64,000 nucleotides of DNA from Desulfosudaceae bacterium (GCA_963674745.2 CAXXDV010000001.1:1056001-1120000); one strand, 5' to 3'. Positions 1 to 9,261 are shown, counted from the stretch's first letter. Notes: generated by a model not told the origin, from the letters alone. Numbers and translations are program-made.

Positions 1-744
1 AGCCGGGTAAAAGTTACCGTAATTCACAAGGTGGATCAGTTCCTTTTTGGTGGGCAATCGCCAGTCTCCATAACCGCCGAACTGCTCGGCATTAAGCTGG
101 GCGATAAACACATCTTTGGCGTCACTCCAGTTATAGGCACCGAGCCAGTCATGGATACCACCGTCGTCGGTTTTAACTTCCCAGGTCAAGCCGGTAACAT
201 TGTCTCTGACCATGGCCCATGGTGACGCACTTCTTGACAACTCCTCGCCGGCACTGCCAAGCTTGGTGAACGACGGCGGGTTAATGGAATAGCAGGCATC
301 CTGCCCGTAAAGAACATCACCTTCAGAAGGACACCGCGTCACCTCCTCACCAGCCAGGTCATAACAGTGGGTCTGGCCGGTATCAGGGACCAGAGACCGT
401 CCGGCACAGCCTTCGTCAATCTGACCGTCACAGTTATTGTCCTTTCCGTCGCCGCACCGCTCAACCGCACCGGGATTAATGGCTGCGTCATTATCATTAC
501 AGTCGGTGTTGTCCGCCACATAACCCTGGGGCTGGAAATCACTTTCCAGGAAATTGTTCGGGTCGCCATACCCATCACCGTCACTATCCTGGTAGTAGTA
601 CGGGCCCCCATCATCGCCGTTGGGTGCTTTGTCGTGGCTGCTGCCACCGCCGCCGGTACCAATGATAGACGCCAGCCCGATCGCGACAACCGCCAGCAGG
701 ACGGTGTAACGAAACACGGAAGTAAGTTTTGGCTTCTGATTCAT
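1..744 (-). CDS. Exported DUF1566 (Lcl C-terminal) domain protein with a Cys/Asp-rich putative metal-binding repeat; partial, runs off window start
   Basis: Absent from ORF track; hand translation from ATG at 744 (SD AAGGAG upstream): MNQKPKLTSVFRYTVLLAVVAIGLASIIGTGGGGSS...YYQDSDGDGYGDP...DCNDNDAAINPGAVERCGDGKDNNCDGQIDEGC...PDTGQTHCYD...VRDNVTGLTWE...FGGYGDWRLPTKKEL; no in-frame stop seen down to base 1. Confidence 0.8.
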   Translation of the reverse strand, partial: MNQKPKLTSVFRYTVLLAVVAIGLASIIGTGGGGSSHDKAPNGDDGGPYYYQDSDGDGYGDPNNFLESDFQPQGYVADNTDCNDNDAAINPGAVERCGDGKDNNCDGQIDEGCAGRSLVPDTGQTHCYDLAGEEVTRCPSEGDVLYGQDACYSINPPSFTKLGSAGEELSRSASPWAMVRDNVTGLTWEVKTDDGGIHDWLGAYNWSDAKDVFIAQLNAEQFGGYGDWRLPTKKELIHLVNYGNFYPA

Positions 745-778
745 GACGTTCTCCTTATATTTTTTTCGCTTTTTATAA

Positions 779-2578
779 TCATCCCTCTGTTTTTGCGTCA
801 CTGTATTTATCCTTCCAGTACAGCTTAATTTTCTGTCCCATGCCGCCGGCTGATTGCTGAACGGCTTCGTTGAGATTTTCAACCATGTTCAGGGCGCTGA
901 AATTGGCTGTTCCCATGGCCGGCACGTCCAGCGCGTCTCCGCCGGCCAGGTCAATTGCCTCAACCGTAAACGTGGCCGTGGTCATTTCCTGGGTCTGACC
1001 GTAAAATTCAAGATTGGTGGTCCCTGTCTTCTGAATCTGGGCCAGCAGAATAATGTCGGCTTTTCTCCGGGGCACAAGCTCCCTGACGCTGTAGTATGTG
1101 ATCGGCACCCGCCCCATCTGAATCTTCTCCCGGAGCCGGGGAATCTCGGCAATGCGAATGACCTTCAACCCACTTTTAAGCATAATGGCCGCCAGCTGGG
1201 ACCGCAACAACGGGACCAGGGTTTCATCTCCGGAAGCGATAACCAGGACATGTGGAACCTTCCGTATCACCGGTCTGTTTTCTGACGGCGACCCTGCACT
1301 GCCCTGATCGGATACGGCCGATCGTCTGACCGCGGCGACTTCACCCGGGGCCTGGAGGGGTTGCTCCCGGGCCGGCTCGGATGCCGGGCGTGCGACTTGA
1401 TCTTGACGCCGGTCGTCCACGGAAGGCGGGGTTGCCGGGATCCCGGCCTCGACCTCGCCCGATAATGCCTGTTCCCGGGGCAAAGTACCCGGTGAAAGGT
1501 TGTCGGGCACCCGGGCGGGGATGGTTTGTTCTTCAACCGCCTGCTCATCCGCCGTTATCTTCTGATAAAAGGATCGGCCCTGCCATATCGCCAGCGCAAT
1601 GATCAGCACAAGGCCGGCAATCACCCCCAGTACGACAGCGTCTGACATGACAGGATTCCCCTTTTTTGACTTTTTTTCTGCTTTCTCCTCTTTTTTGTCC
1701 GCTTTCTTATCCACAGCGGGTGAGGGTTGGGCATGCTGCTTCAACTGTGCGGCGCATTCCCCTATAGCGTCCAGAAGTTGGTTCGGTTTTTGATACCGGT
1801 CAGCCGGGGCCTTGGCCGTCATTTTTTCAATGAGCATGCAAACCGGTTCCGGAACGGACGGATTGATTGTCTGAATCGGCGGCAGCGCCTCGGTGGCGAT
1901 CTTGATTAAAACCGCCTGGGGTGAATCACCGGTAAACGGAGGTTTACCGGCCAGCATCCAGTATAGAATGGCGCCAAGTGAGTAAATATCACTGCGGACG
2001 TCCAGACGCTCGCCACTGGCCTGTTCCGGCGAGGCGAATTCCGGTGTGCCCAGAAAAAAGCCGGTCCGGGTCAGGCCGGTGTCCGCTTCTTCGAAAAAGG
2101 CAATACCAAAATCGGTAATTCTGACCTGACCTTTTTCATTGATCATGATGTTGGCCGGTTTCAGGTCCCGGTGAACGACCCCCCGGAGATCCGCCTCGAC
2201 CAGGGCACCGGCCACCTGAGCGGTGATATCCAGGGCCTCTTCAAGCGGTATGGTTTTTTTCTCCTTGAGGATCCGCCCCAGATCCCGGCCGGAAATAAAT
2301 TCCATGGCATAGTAATAAAGGTCTTCATCCTCCCCGTAAGACAGGATCCTGACGATATTGGGATGTTCCAGAGCGGCAATAACCCGGGCTTCTCTTTTAA
2401 ACCGGATGATAAATTCTTCATCCGAACACAAACGCTGAGACAGGACTTTAAGCGCTACTTTCCGGTTAAGGGAAACTTCATGGGCCTTGTAGACCACGCC
2501 CATGCCGCCCTTTCCCAGAATGCCCTCAATCTGGTAACCCCCGATTACAGTCCCGGTTTCAATATCATTCGCGGCCAT
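779..2578 (-). CDS. Hanks-type Ser/Thr protein kinase with TM helix and extracytoplasmic C-terminal domain
   Basis: GKGGMGVVY, VALK, HRDLKPAN, DFG, GTPEFASPE, SDIYSLG motifs; TM AVVLGVIAGLVLIIALAIW; start moved to ATG 2578 (MAANDIETG). Confidence 0.9.
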   Translation of the reverse strand: MAANDIETGTVIGGYQIEGILGKGGMGVVYKAHEVSLNRKVALKVLSQRLCSDEEFIIRFKREARVIAALEHPNIVRILSYGEDEDLYYYAMEFISGRDLGRILKEKKTIPLEEALDITAQVAGALVEADLRGVVHRDLKPANIMINEKGQVRITDFGIAFFEEADTGLTRTGFFLGTPEFASPEQASGERLDVRSDIYSLGAILYWMLAGKPPFTGDSPQAVLIKIATEALPPIQTINPSVPEPVCMLIEKMTAKAPADRYQKPNQLLDAIGECAAQLKQHAQPSPAVDKKADKKEEKAEKKSKKGNPVMSDAVVLGVIAGLVLIIALAIWQGRSFYQKITADEQAVEEQTIPARVPDNLSPGTLPREQALSGEVEAGIPATPPSVDDRRQDQVARPASEPAREQPLQAPGEVAAVRRSAVSDQGSAGSPSENRPVIRKVPHVLVIASGDETLVPLLRSQLAAIMLKSGLKVIRIAEIPRLREKIQMGRVPITYYSVRELVPRRKADIILLAQIQKTGTTNLEFYGQTQEMTTATFTVEAIDLAGGDALDVPAMGTANFSALNMVENLNEAVQQSAGGMGQKIKLYWKDKYSDAKTEG

Positions 2579-2914
2579 GGAGTCCGCCCCCCTGTTTGAA
2601 CATTTCAGTTGCCAGGAATAATTGCGAAACGCACACCGAAAAAACACCCCGGCGTTTTTCTAAATCAAAACAGTTTGTTTTTTTTTGCTTAACCCATTTC
2701 TTTTTTTAACGGGTTTAGGTTGAAAAGTCAATAAATTAGAAACCAGTTATTACGCTTTGGTGCCTGATTGTTAATCTTCATCTATTAAAATCAAAAAAAC
2801 GGCTTCCTGAAGCGTCGGATAGCCTTTCGAAATAATGTTGAAAACCAGACGCTGTTGGTTGTGTCTTTGATGGGATGATCTTGTGAAGAACAGGCAGGAC
2901 TTTGTCGGCGGATC

Positions 2915-2958
2915 CATCAAGGGCATAAGCGCAGTTAACTGTGCTTATGCCCTTGATG
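2915..2958. repeat. 44-bp near-perfect palindrome (possible terminator or stabilising hairpin)
   Basis: CATCAAGGGCATAAGCGCAG-TTAA-CTGTGCTTATGCCCTTGATG, one mismatch, 30 bp past the stop of the 866-aa gene. Confidence 0.75.
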
Positions 2959-2987
2959 CCATATTCACCCGTTTCCGAAATATTGCA

Positions 2988-5588
2988 CTACGGCGTTGTG
3001 AGCACCGGAAGCGCCTCCATCCGCCCGTCGGTGGTGACGATTTCAAGCCCGCACAGGCGCATGTCCGATTGCAAACGAATGTGCGTGGTCTGTTCCGGGT
3101 AAGGGTCGCCAAGCAGATCCGGCATACCGAGAACACGATTACCGGCCATGGGCACCAGCAACACACCGGACCCGGTAACGGCCCCATTTTCATCAAAGCC
3201 GGTAACGGTAACGGTGGCATCCGTGAGGTTGGCGTTGGCCAGGGCAACTGTTGCCCGGGCATTCACAATTCCGATATATCCATCCGTAAAGGACAGGTTG
3301 TTGAGGTTTACACCCGCCGCCTGAGACGATGGATAGGACTGGGCAAAAAGAACAAGACCATCCATGTTCATCGGCATCGTCCCAAAGGGCGTCTCAAAAG
3401 CGGCGCGGCCAACGATACGGGCCCATTGGTTGTCTTCGCCCAGGACGGCATCGAGGGAAAGGGCTTTCCGGAAATACGGTGACCACTCGCCCGCGAAAGC
3501 CGCGTTGATCTCGCCGGCTCCGGTATATCCGAAAATGCCGACAAAGCCACGTGTGTTTCTGTTTTGGATCCCAACGCCCGTATAGCTTCCCGCCACCGGG
3601 GACATATAGGGCACCACCAGTTCTTGAAGGGCACGATCGGTCAGCGCAAGCGCCGAAAAATCGCCCGGAGCACCGAGGTTCTCGATTATCTCCACGGCGG
3701 CGATGCCGGTATCCGCCTCCAGAAACGACAGGGGGTCATCCTGCACGGGCCACAAAACCAGTTGACCGAAAGGTTTGACGTAGTACTCGATAAAAGCGCC
3801 GGAAGCATAGACTGCGGTCATCACGATCGTCTTATCACTCGGGTTGCAGGCAGCGACCATTGTCCGCCATCTGCTGTTGTCGGCAACATGGGGAACGGCC
3901 AGGGACGTACACAGTGAAATAGGGGCTGGCCAGGCGCACCGCTGCCCCGCAAGTCCTGTGGCGCGGGTGTAACCTGCCAGATTTGCATCCGCGACAATAA
4001 CGGCTCCGGCGGCATTAACCGGAATGGCTTGGCAGGGAACGGTCATTTTGCCCATGGCCCTCAAAGGCGTGGTCGTGGTTGAAATCAATGCCCCGCTTGC
4101 ATCATAGTATTCGAGCGTAACATCCGTTAAATAGGGATCGAGATTGATCAGCCCCACTTCCGCGCAGGCACCGAGATCGGCGCCCAGAAAGGGATAAAAA
4201 AGTTCAGCGTGTTGGATGCTTTCGGCAGGCCCGCCGAAAAGCGTGGTGATAAAACCATTGGCGGACAGATCATTGTCCCCCCGCCGGCCGTCAACAAAGT
4301 GCAGCACCACCCGGTCACTAAAGATCTCGGCACCGGTTTCACCGTCATACATGAAGAGATACCAGTGGTCTATGGGATTGTCAGGTGTTTTTCCATAGAG
4401 CCAGAAGTTCTGAATGGCGCTGCCATCCACAAAAAGGGTCAGCGTCGTGTTCGTCCGGCCGTTCAGCTTGATATACTGGGCAGAGAAAAGGCCGTAGGGA
4501 AAGCTTTGCCATTGGGGCCGATCCTGGCCTGTTTCGGCAAGGGCGCCATAGAGCATCTGATAGTTGGGAACGGCCATGGTCATGCAAAACACTTCGTCAT
4601 CAGCATCAAAGACGGGAAAGGTTGATACCGAAGACTGTTTATAGTCCGGTATACCGTCAGCGTTACCGTCGTAATTGGGTTGAGGATTTATACACCCCTG
4701 CTCCTTGCTGTCGTCAACAAAATCCCCGTCAAAATCCTCCTTCGGGGTCGTCATAACACCATAGGTAAAGCCGTCGACCATTGTGCCGCTTCTAAGGTCC
4801 GGATTGGTTACCGTGACGTCCACCGTTCCAGCCGGATGGGGCGGTGTCTGACCGGTGATGGTGGTGCTGTCAACATACAGTATCGAGGCCGTGTAGCCGC
4901 CAAAGGTGACCGTCAAACCGGGGGTAAAGTCTGTTCCCGTTATGGTGAACAGGGTACCGCCTTCGGGGGGGCCCCAGGCCGGTGTAATGTCGGTTAAGCC
5001 GGGATAAATGGCCAGCACGGCCTGGACTTCGACACTGTCGACATGCCAGCACCAGGCCGGGGTGTTAGTGGCCTGGTATCGCCAGCGAAGCATGATGGTG
5101 TGCCCCAGATAACCGGCCAGGTCCTCGACTTCACTGGTGCCGCCCACCGCCGGTGTCCCGCCCGGCGGGTCGTCACTGGTCTGGGTACGCAAAGAAAACC
5201 AGGTGGTACCGCCGTCCATGGTGATATCCACCCATATTTCACCGTTGCCGGCATAGTCCTGAAACATGCTGGCATAGGTCAGTGACGCCCAGGTGGCGGC
5301 TGTCAAATCTATAGGTGGCGACCGCAGTTCGGTGTCCCAGAAGATGCCGTTGGTATCCCCGGGGTGGGCAACGGCGCAGGCCCCGCTGCCGGCGGCACAG
5401 TAGTTGGGCACGCCGCGGGCCACATTGCTCTGCCAGCTCCCGCCGATCACGTTGTTGACGATGGTCCAGCCCGGCGGCGGAAACGCACCTTCAAAAGATT
5501 CCTGCAAAACGATCGTCTGGGCATTCCCGCCAGCAGAAAAAAACAGCACGAAGGCCAGCAACAGGCCCAAAACAGTAAACCGTTTCAT
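2988..5588 (-). CDS. Secreted multidomain protein (N-terminal beta-sandwich, IPT/TIG domain, choice-of-anchor U-like domain)
   Basis: Signal peptide MKRFTVLGLLLAFVLFFSAGGNA; ESFEGAFPPPGW N-domain; ITPAWGPPEGGTLFTITGTDF IPT/TIG; VVLHFVDGRRGDNDLSANGFI; SD GAGGAG. Confidence 0.7.
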   Translation of the reverse strand: MKRFTVLGLLLAFVLFFSAGGNAQTIVLQESFEGAFPPPGWTIVNNVIGGSWQSNVARGVPNYCAAGSGACAVAHPGDTNGIFWDTELRSPPIDLTAATWASLTYASMFQDYAGNGEIWVDITMDGGTTWFSLRTQTSDDPPGGTPAVGGTSEVEDLAGYLGHTIMLRWRYQATNTPAWCWHVDSVEVQAVLAIYPGLTDITPAWGPPEGGTLFTITGTDFTPGLTVTFGGYTASILYVDSTTITGQTPPHPAGTVDVTVTNPDLRSGTMVDGFTYGVMTTPKEDFDGDFVDDSKEQGCINPQPNYDGNADGIPDYKQSSVSTFPVFDADDEVFCMTMAVPNYQMLYGALAETGQDRPQWQSFPYGLFSAQYIKLNGRTNTTLTLFVDGSAIQNFWLYGKTPDNPIDHWYLFMYDGETGAEIFSDRVVLHFVDGRRGDNDLSANGFITTLFGGPAESIQHAELFYPFLGADLGACAEVGLINLDPYLTDVTLEYYDASGALISTTTTPLRAMGKMTVPCQAIPVNAAGAVIVADANLAGYTRATGLAGQRCAWPAPISLCTSLAVPHVADNSRWRTMVAACNPSDKTIVMTAVYASGAFIEYYVKPFGQLVLWPVQDDPLSFLEADTGIAAVEIIENLGAPGDFSALALTDRALQELVVPYMSPVAGSYTGVGIQNRNTRGFVGIFGYTGAGEINAAFAGEWSPYFRKALSLDAVLGEDNQWARIVGRAAFETPFGTMPMNMDGLVLFAQSYPSSQAAGVNLNNLSFTDGYIGIVNARATVALANANLTDATVTVTGFDENGAVTGSGVLLVPMAGNRVLGMPDLLGDPYPEQTTHIRLQSDMRLCGLEIVTTDGRMEALPVLTTP

Positions 5589-5754
5589 TGCGCGATCTCC
5601 TCATCAAAATAAATTTTTACAAATGGCTCCTGCCCGCCCTTTTTCACAAAAATTCAATCGAAGACGAGTCTGTTGAACCGGGGAAAGTGGTTATAAACCG
5701 CAAGGCCAGGGCCTCTTGAACATTTTATTATACAAAACACCTTTTAAAAAGATT

Positions 5755-5783
5755 AAGATAGCACAGCATATATTGTACGTCAA
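5755..5783 (-). promoter_or_regulatory. sigma70-type promoter for the 866-aa gene
   Basis: Minus strand TTGACG-N17-TATCTT. Confidence 0.6.
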
Positions 5784-5809
5784 TGTGCTACGGCCACTAC
5801 ATGTTGAGA
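5763..5809. promoter_or_regulatory. Tandem NrdR-box-like operators
   Basis: ACAGCATATATTGTAC (5763-5778) and CCACTACATGTTGAGA (5794-5809), starts 31 bp apart, flanking the -35 hexamer; resemble consensus acaCwAtATaTwGtgt. Confidence 0.55.
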
Positions 5810-5885
5810 CAGGTTTTTAGTGAACACGACGGGCTGTTTCAAAAAAGGCAAAAAAAGATGCTGGTTTTTAACCGGGATCGGGCAT

Positions 5886-6860
5886 TCAAAAATCGAAACA
5901 GGCAACGATCTGAAAAATCGCATCAGCTTCCATTAACCGCCTACTTCGCTCCGGGAAGGTTCTGCTGCTGCTCGCCGCTTTCAGCTTCCATTGTATTCCA
6001 CTTGTCCATGTTGGCGCCGGGCTTGCAGGCCGGAACAGGCTTGACGACAGACACGCCAGGCCTGACCGGCATTTGCTGTTGCATCTGATCCGACTTGAAC
6101 ATTTCCGAGCCGGCAGGTGTCCATTTGTCATGTGTGGCGGTCGGCCTGGTGATCTTGCCGTATCCGGCGGAAGGTTTATTGTATTTGTTTTCCCCTCCTT
6201 TTGATTGAATCTTTCCTTTAAGGCCGTTATGTGAAGGCTTACCTTTTCCTCCGCCGTGGCAGGCGCCTGCAGGTTGTTCTCTTTACAGTAAACGGTGTTG
6301 ACCCGGTCCACGTCGAACCATTCGGCCATGGTCACGCCTGAGGAACCAACGTCTTTGAGGGCGGACAACTTATGCGCCCCGAGCTGCCGGTACAACTTTT
6401 CATGAAGAAAATCGAAAAAACGCAGGTACTGCCGGGATGCGGCCATGTATGGCCAAGCCTGCTGGGACGCCAGGAAGCTATCCACCGTGCCGTTTTCTCC
6501 CCTTTCCCCCCGGCATTCGGGCTGGCGTTCGGTGCATCGGAAATGATCCTTTCTCTTTCCGGAATAGTATTGCCCAAGGGGGTAGAGGCGGCATACCAGG
6601 GGGCGGGCCGGGTGTACGGAACAACCTTCACCGGTAAGAAAAATGCAGGTGTTGTCTTCCCCGGTAAACAGGAGAAAGGGGGCGTCAGACCTGAGGTGGT
6701 TGTCCAGGAGCATACCTGTCGAAATACCGAGGAAATCCGCCAGCCTTACCACTTCGTAGGGGTTGATTTGGATCTGCTTGCTGCGGCAACAACGCCCGCA
6801 TGCCTTGCAGTCAAAAGAAAAGGGGGTGCTGCGGTGCATTTTCTCGTTCTGCCTGCCCAT
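5886..6860 (-). CDS. YkgJ-family (CxxCxxCC) cysteine-cluster protein; last ~100 aa probably out-of-frame read-through
   Basis: FSFDCKACGRCC, CIFL..EGCSVHPARPLVCRLYP; ATG 6860 with AGGA SD; protein-like character is lost after ~6190. Confidence 0.75.
   Translation of the reverse strand: MGRQNEKMHRSTPFSFDCKACGRCCRSKQIQINPYEVVRLADFLGISTGMLLDNHLRSDAPFLLFTGEDNTCIFLTGEGCSVHPARPLVCRLYPLGQYYSGKRKDHFRCTERQPECRGERGENGTVDSFLASQQAWPYMAASRQYLRFFDFLHEKLYRQLGAHKLSALKDVGSSGVTMAEWFDVDRVNTVYCKENNLQAPATAEEKVSLHITALKERFNQKEGKTNTINLPPDTARSPGRPPHMTNGHLPARKCSSRIRCNSKCRSGLACLSSSLFRPASPAPTWTSGIQWKLKAASSSRTFPERSRRLMEADAIFQIVACFDF
5941..6192 (-). other. Hidden coding-like frame (~83 codons) overlapping the YkgJ 3' end, without its own start codon after the SD
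   Basis: ENKYNKPSAGYGKITRPTATHDKWTPAGSEMFKSDQMQQQMPVRPGVSVVKPVPACKPGANMDKWNTMEAESGEQQQNLPGAK*, many C/G-ending codons, immediately preceded by AAGGAGG. Confidence 0.5.
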
Positions 6861-6882
6861 GACCAATATCCTGTCAAGGATT

Positions 6883-6957
6883 TGGTGATCCCTACGGGAA
6901 TCGAACCCGTGTTACCGGCGTGAGAGGCCGGCGTCCTAACCGCTAGACGAAGGGACC
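6883..6957 (-). tRNA. tRNA-Glu (anticodon CTC)
   Basis: GGTCCCTTCGTCTAGCGGTTAGGACGCCGGC-CT-CTC-AC-GCCGGTAACACGGGTTCGATTCCCGTAGGGATCACCA; cloverleaf, T-loop GTTCGA, encoded CCA. Confidence 0.97.
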
Positions 6958-7056
6958 ACATTGTCGAAGCATCGCGCTGCAGACGGTATATTGGTATAAA
7001 AACCGCGTTACTTTGTCAAATGAAAATTGCCATCACGAAGATTTCGTCCGAGTCTA

Positions 7057-8586
7057 TTATATCTGTTTTCTGTCCAGAGCTCTTAGCTGAATGGCTTCGG
7101 CCACGTGATCGGCGCAAAGGCTTTCTTGGGCGGAAAGATCGGCAATGGTCCGGGCAACCTTGAGAATACGATTATATGCCCGGGCCGACATGCCCAACCG
7201 GTCAATAGCGGTTTCCAGCAGCCCGGTGGCGGGTGCGTCTGTTTTACAAAACTGCTTGATCAGCCGGCTGGGCATTTCAGCGTTACAGTGAACGGCTGAT
7301 GAAGCAAACCGGATTTTTTGAACGTTTCTGGCGATAAGAACCCGTTCTTTGATGGCTGCCGATGACTCGGAGCGGATATCCCCGGCCATATCCCGAAAAG
7401 CGAGGGCCGGCACATCGACATGGAGATCGACCCGATCCAGCAGGGGCCCGGAAATGCGGGCCTTGTAGCGATGTACTTGCGAGGCGCTGCAGACACACTC
7501 ATGGCGGGGGTCATTCAAAAAACCGCACGGACACGGATTCATGGCTGCCACCAGCATAAAGGATGACGGATAGGTAATGGAAACCGCCGCTCGGGAAATG
7601 GTCACCTTCTTATCCTCCAACGGTTGTCTGAGCATTTCCAGCAGTGCCGTCTTGAACTCAGGCAGTTCGTCCAGAAACAATACCCCGTGATGGGCCAGGC
7701 TGACTTCACCCGGCCGGGGGTTGCCGCCCCCGCCGATGAGGCCGGCATAGGAAATCGTGTGGTGGGGGCTCCGAAACGGCCGCCGGGCGATTAATGCCTG
7801 GCCCGGGTCAAGCTGATCGGCCACGGAAAACACCTTGGTCACGTCAATGGCTTCATCAAAGGACAAATCCGGAAGAATCGAGGGAAGACGCCGGGCCAGC
7901 ATGGTTTTTCCCGAACCGGGCGGGCCGGTCATGAGCAGATTGTGCCCTCCGGCGGCGGCAATTTCCAGGGCTCTTTTGGCGTTTTCCTGGCCGGCCACCT
8001 CGCTGTAGTCTTCAGGGCAGGACCGGCCCTGATCAAATATCCGCCGATGATCCAGCCGGGCGGGAGACAGGTCAACGCTGCCGTCAAGAAAGCCGACGCT
8101 CTGGGCCAGGTTTTCCACGGCATAAACCGCGATATCATTCACCACAGCCGCTTCCGGGCTGTTTTCAGCCGGTACCAGTACCCCGCGATACCCCCATTGC
8201 CGGGCGGCCAGGGCCACGGGCAGAACACCTCTGACCGGCCGCAGACGGCCATCCAAGGACAATTCACCCAGAACCAGGTAATCGGAGAGGACCTCCGGCG
8301 AAATCACGCCGGAGGCCGACAAGATGCCCAGGGCGACCGGCAGATCAAAGCCGGTGCCGCTTTTTTTGATATTGGCCGGGGCCAGGTTAACGGTGATATG
8401 GTCGTCCGGGAACCAGTAGCCGGAATTGACAATGGCCGCCTTGACCCGCTCCCGGCTCTCTTTTACGGAAACTTCGGCCAGCCCCACGGTGGTGTAATAG
8501 GGCAGCCCCCGGGTGATATCCACTTCCACTTCAACCCGATAGGCATCGACACCGATGACGGCACTGCTGAAAACCCTGGTAAGCAT
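7057..8586 (-). CDS. comM: YifB/ComM family Mg-chelatase-like AAA+ ATPase
   Basis: VKESRERV, VNLAPA..KKSGTGFDLP, GPPGSGKTMLARR, PFRSPHH, GEVSLAHHGVLFLDELPEF, AAMNPCPCG. Confidence 0.92.
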   Translation of the reverse strand: MLTRVFSSAVIGVDAYRVEVEVDITRGLPYYTTVGLAEVSVKESRERVKAAIVNSGYWFPDDHITVNLAPANIKKSGTGFDLPVALGILSASGVISPEVLSDYLVLGELSLDGRLRPVRGVLPVALAARQWGYRGVLVPAENSPEAAVVNDIAVYAVENLAQSVGFLDGSVDLSPARLDHRRIFDQGRSCPEDYSEVAGQENAKRALEIAAAGGHNLLMTGPPGSGKTMLARRLPSILPDLSFDEAIDVTKVFSVADQLDPGQALIARRPFRSPHHTISYAGLIGGGGNPRPGEVSLAHHGVLFLDELPEFKTALLEMLRQPLEDKKVTISRAAVSITYPSSFMLVAAMNPCPCGFLNDPRHECVCSASQVHRYKARISGPLLDRVDLHVDVPALAFRDMAGDIRSESSAAIKERVLIARNVQKIRFASSAVHCNAEMPSRLIKQFCKTDAPATGLLETAIDRLGMSARAYNRILKVARTIADLSAQESLCADHVAEAIQLRALDRKQI

Positions 8587-8806
8587 TCGCCCTCCTTGGC
8601 TTTATGTTTTATCTTTTAACGGTTCCCAAAACATTCCGGTCTTATGCTGAAACGATTCTGACACATTTTCTCTTGTTTTCCAAACGCATTCCAACACTCG
8701 ACAAACAGAAGGACGAAAGATAAACGCTGTTTAAAAAGCGCTTGCTTTAACAGCCGCTGCGCGGTTAACCTACAGACGTGGTATATCCTTATAAAAAGGG
8801 GGAGGC

Positions 8807-9160
8807 ATGAAAAACACGGTCATTGTAGTCGTTATTATTGCTGCCGTTGCGGGTCTCGTTTTCTTTTTCAATAGTTCTCGATATGATACCCAGGCCGAAC
8901 AATATTTATTCTCCGCCATGGAAAGCCAGATGACCTGCATGATGGCCTCCGGGGAATTTACACAGGACGAAAATATCATAAAGCTAAAAAAAGGGCTGGG
9001 AAACAAGCCTGATATTCACCTTAAAATTCTGGAAGCTGACGCAAGAAATTTTGTCATGGAAGTTTATCATAAAAAGGGAAAAACGATTTATTCCGGCACC
9101 CTTGAATATCTGGAGAACAGCAACGATACAAACCATCTGATTACAAGCAGACCGAGATAA
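8807..9160 (+). CDS. Small membrane-anchored hypothetical protein, type IV pilin-like
   Basis: SD GGAGG; N-terminal hydrophobic helix followed by pilin-like pattern RYDTQAEQYLFSAMESQ...FVMEVYHKKGKTIY. Confidence 0.6.
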   Translation: MKNTVIVVVIIAAVAGLVFFFNSSRYDTQAEQYLFSAMESQMTCMMASGEFTQDENIIKLKKGLGNKPDIHLKILEADARNFVMEVYHKKGKTIYSGTLEYLENSNDTNHLITSRPR

Positions 9161-9261
9161 CCCCCCCCCTCAGATATCAAAACCAGGAACTTATGATTCG
9201 CACCGGGTGATATGTGAACCGCCACCCTCACCGTAAACCACTTAAAACAATAAAAAAAGCA

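Noticed and set aside
339..828. ORF-track ORFs 339-689 (-) and 367-828 (+)
   Set aside because: Shadows of the real DUF1566 gene at 1-744 (-)
6746..6961. 71-aa ORF over the tRNA
   Set aside because: Spurious translation of tRNA-Glu
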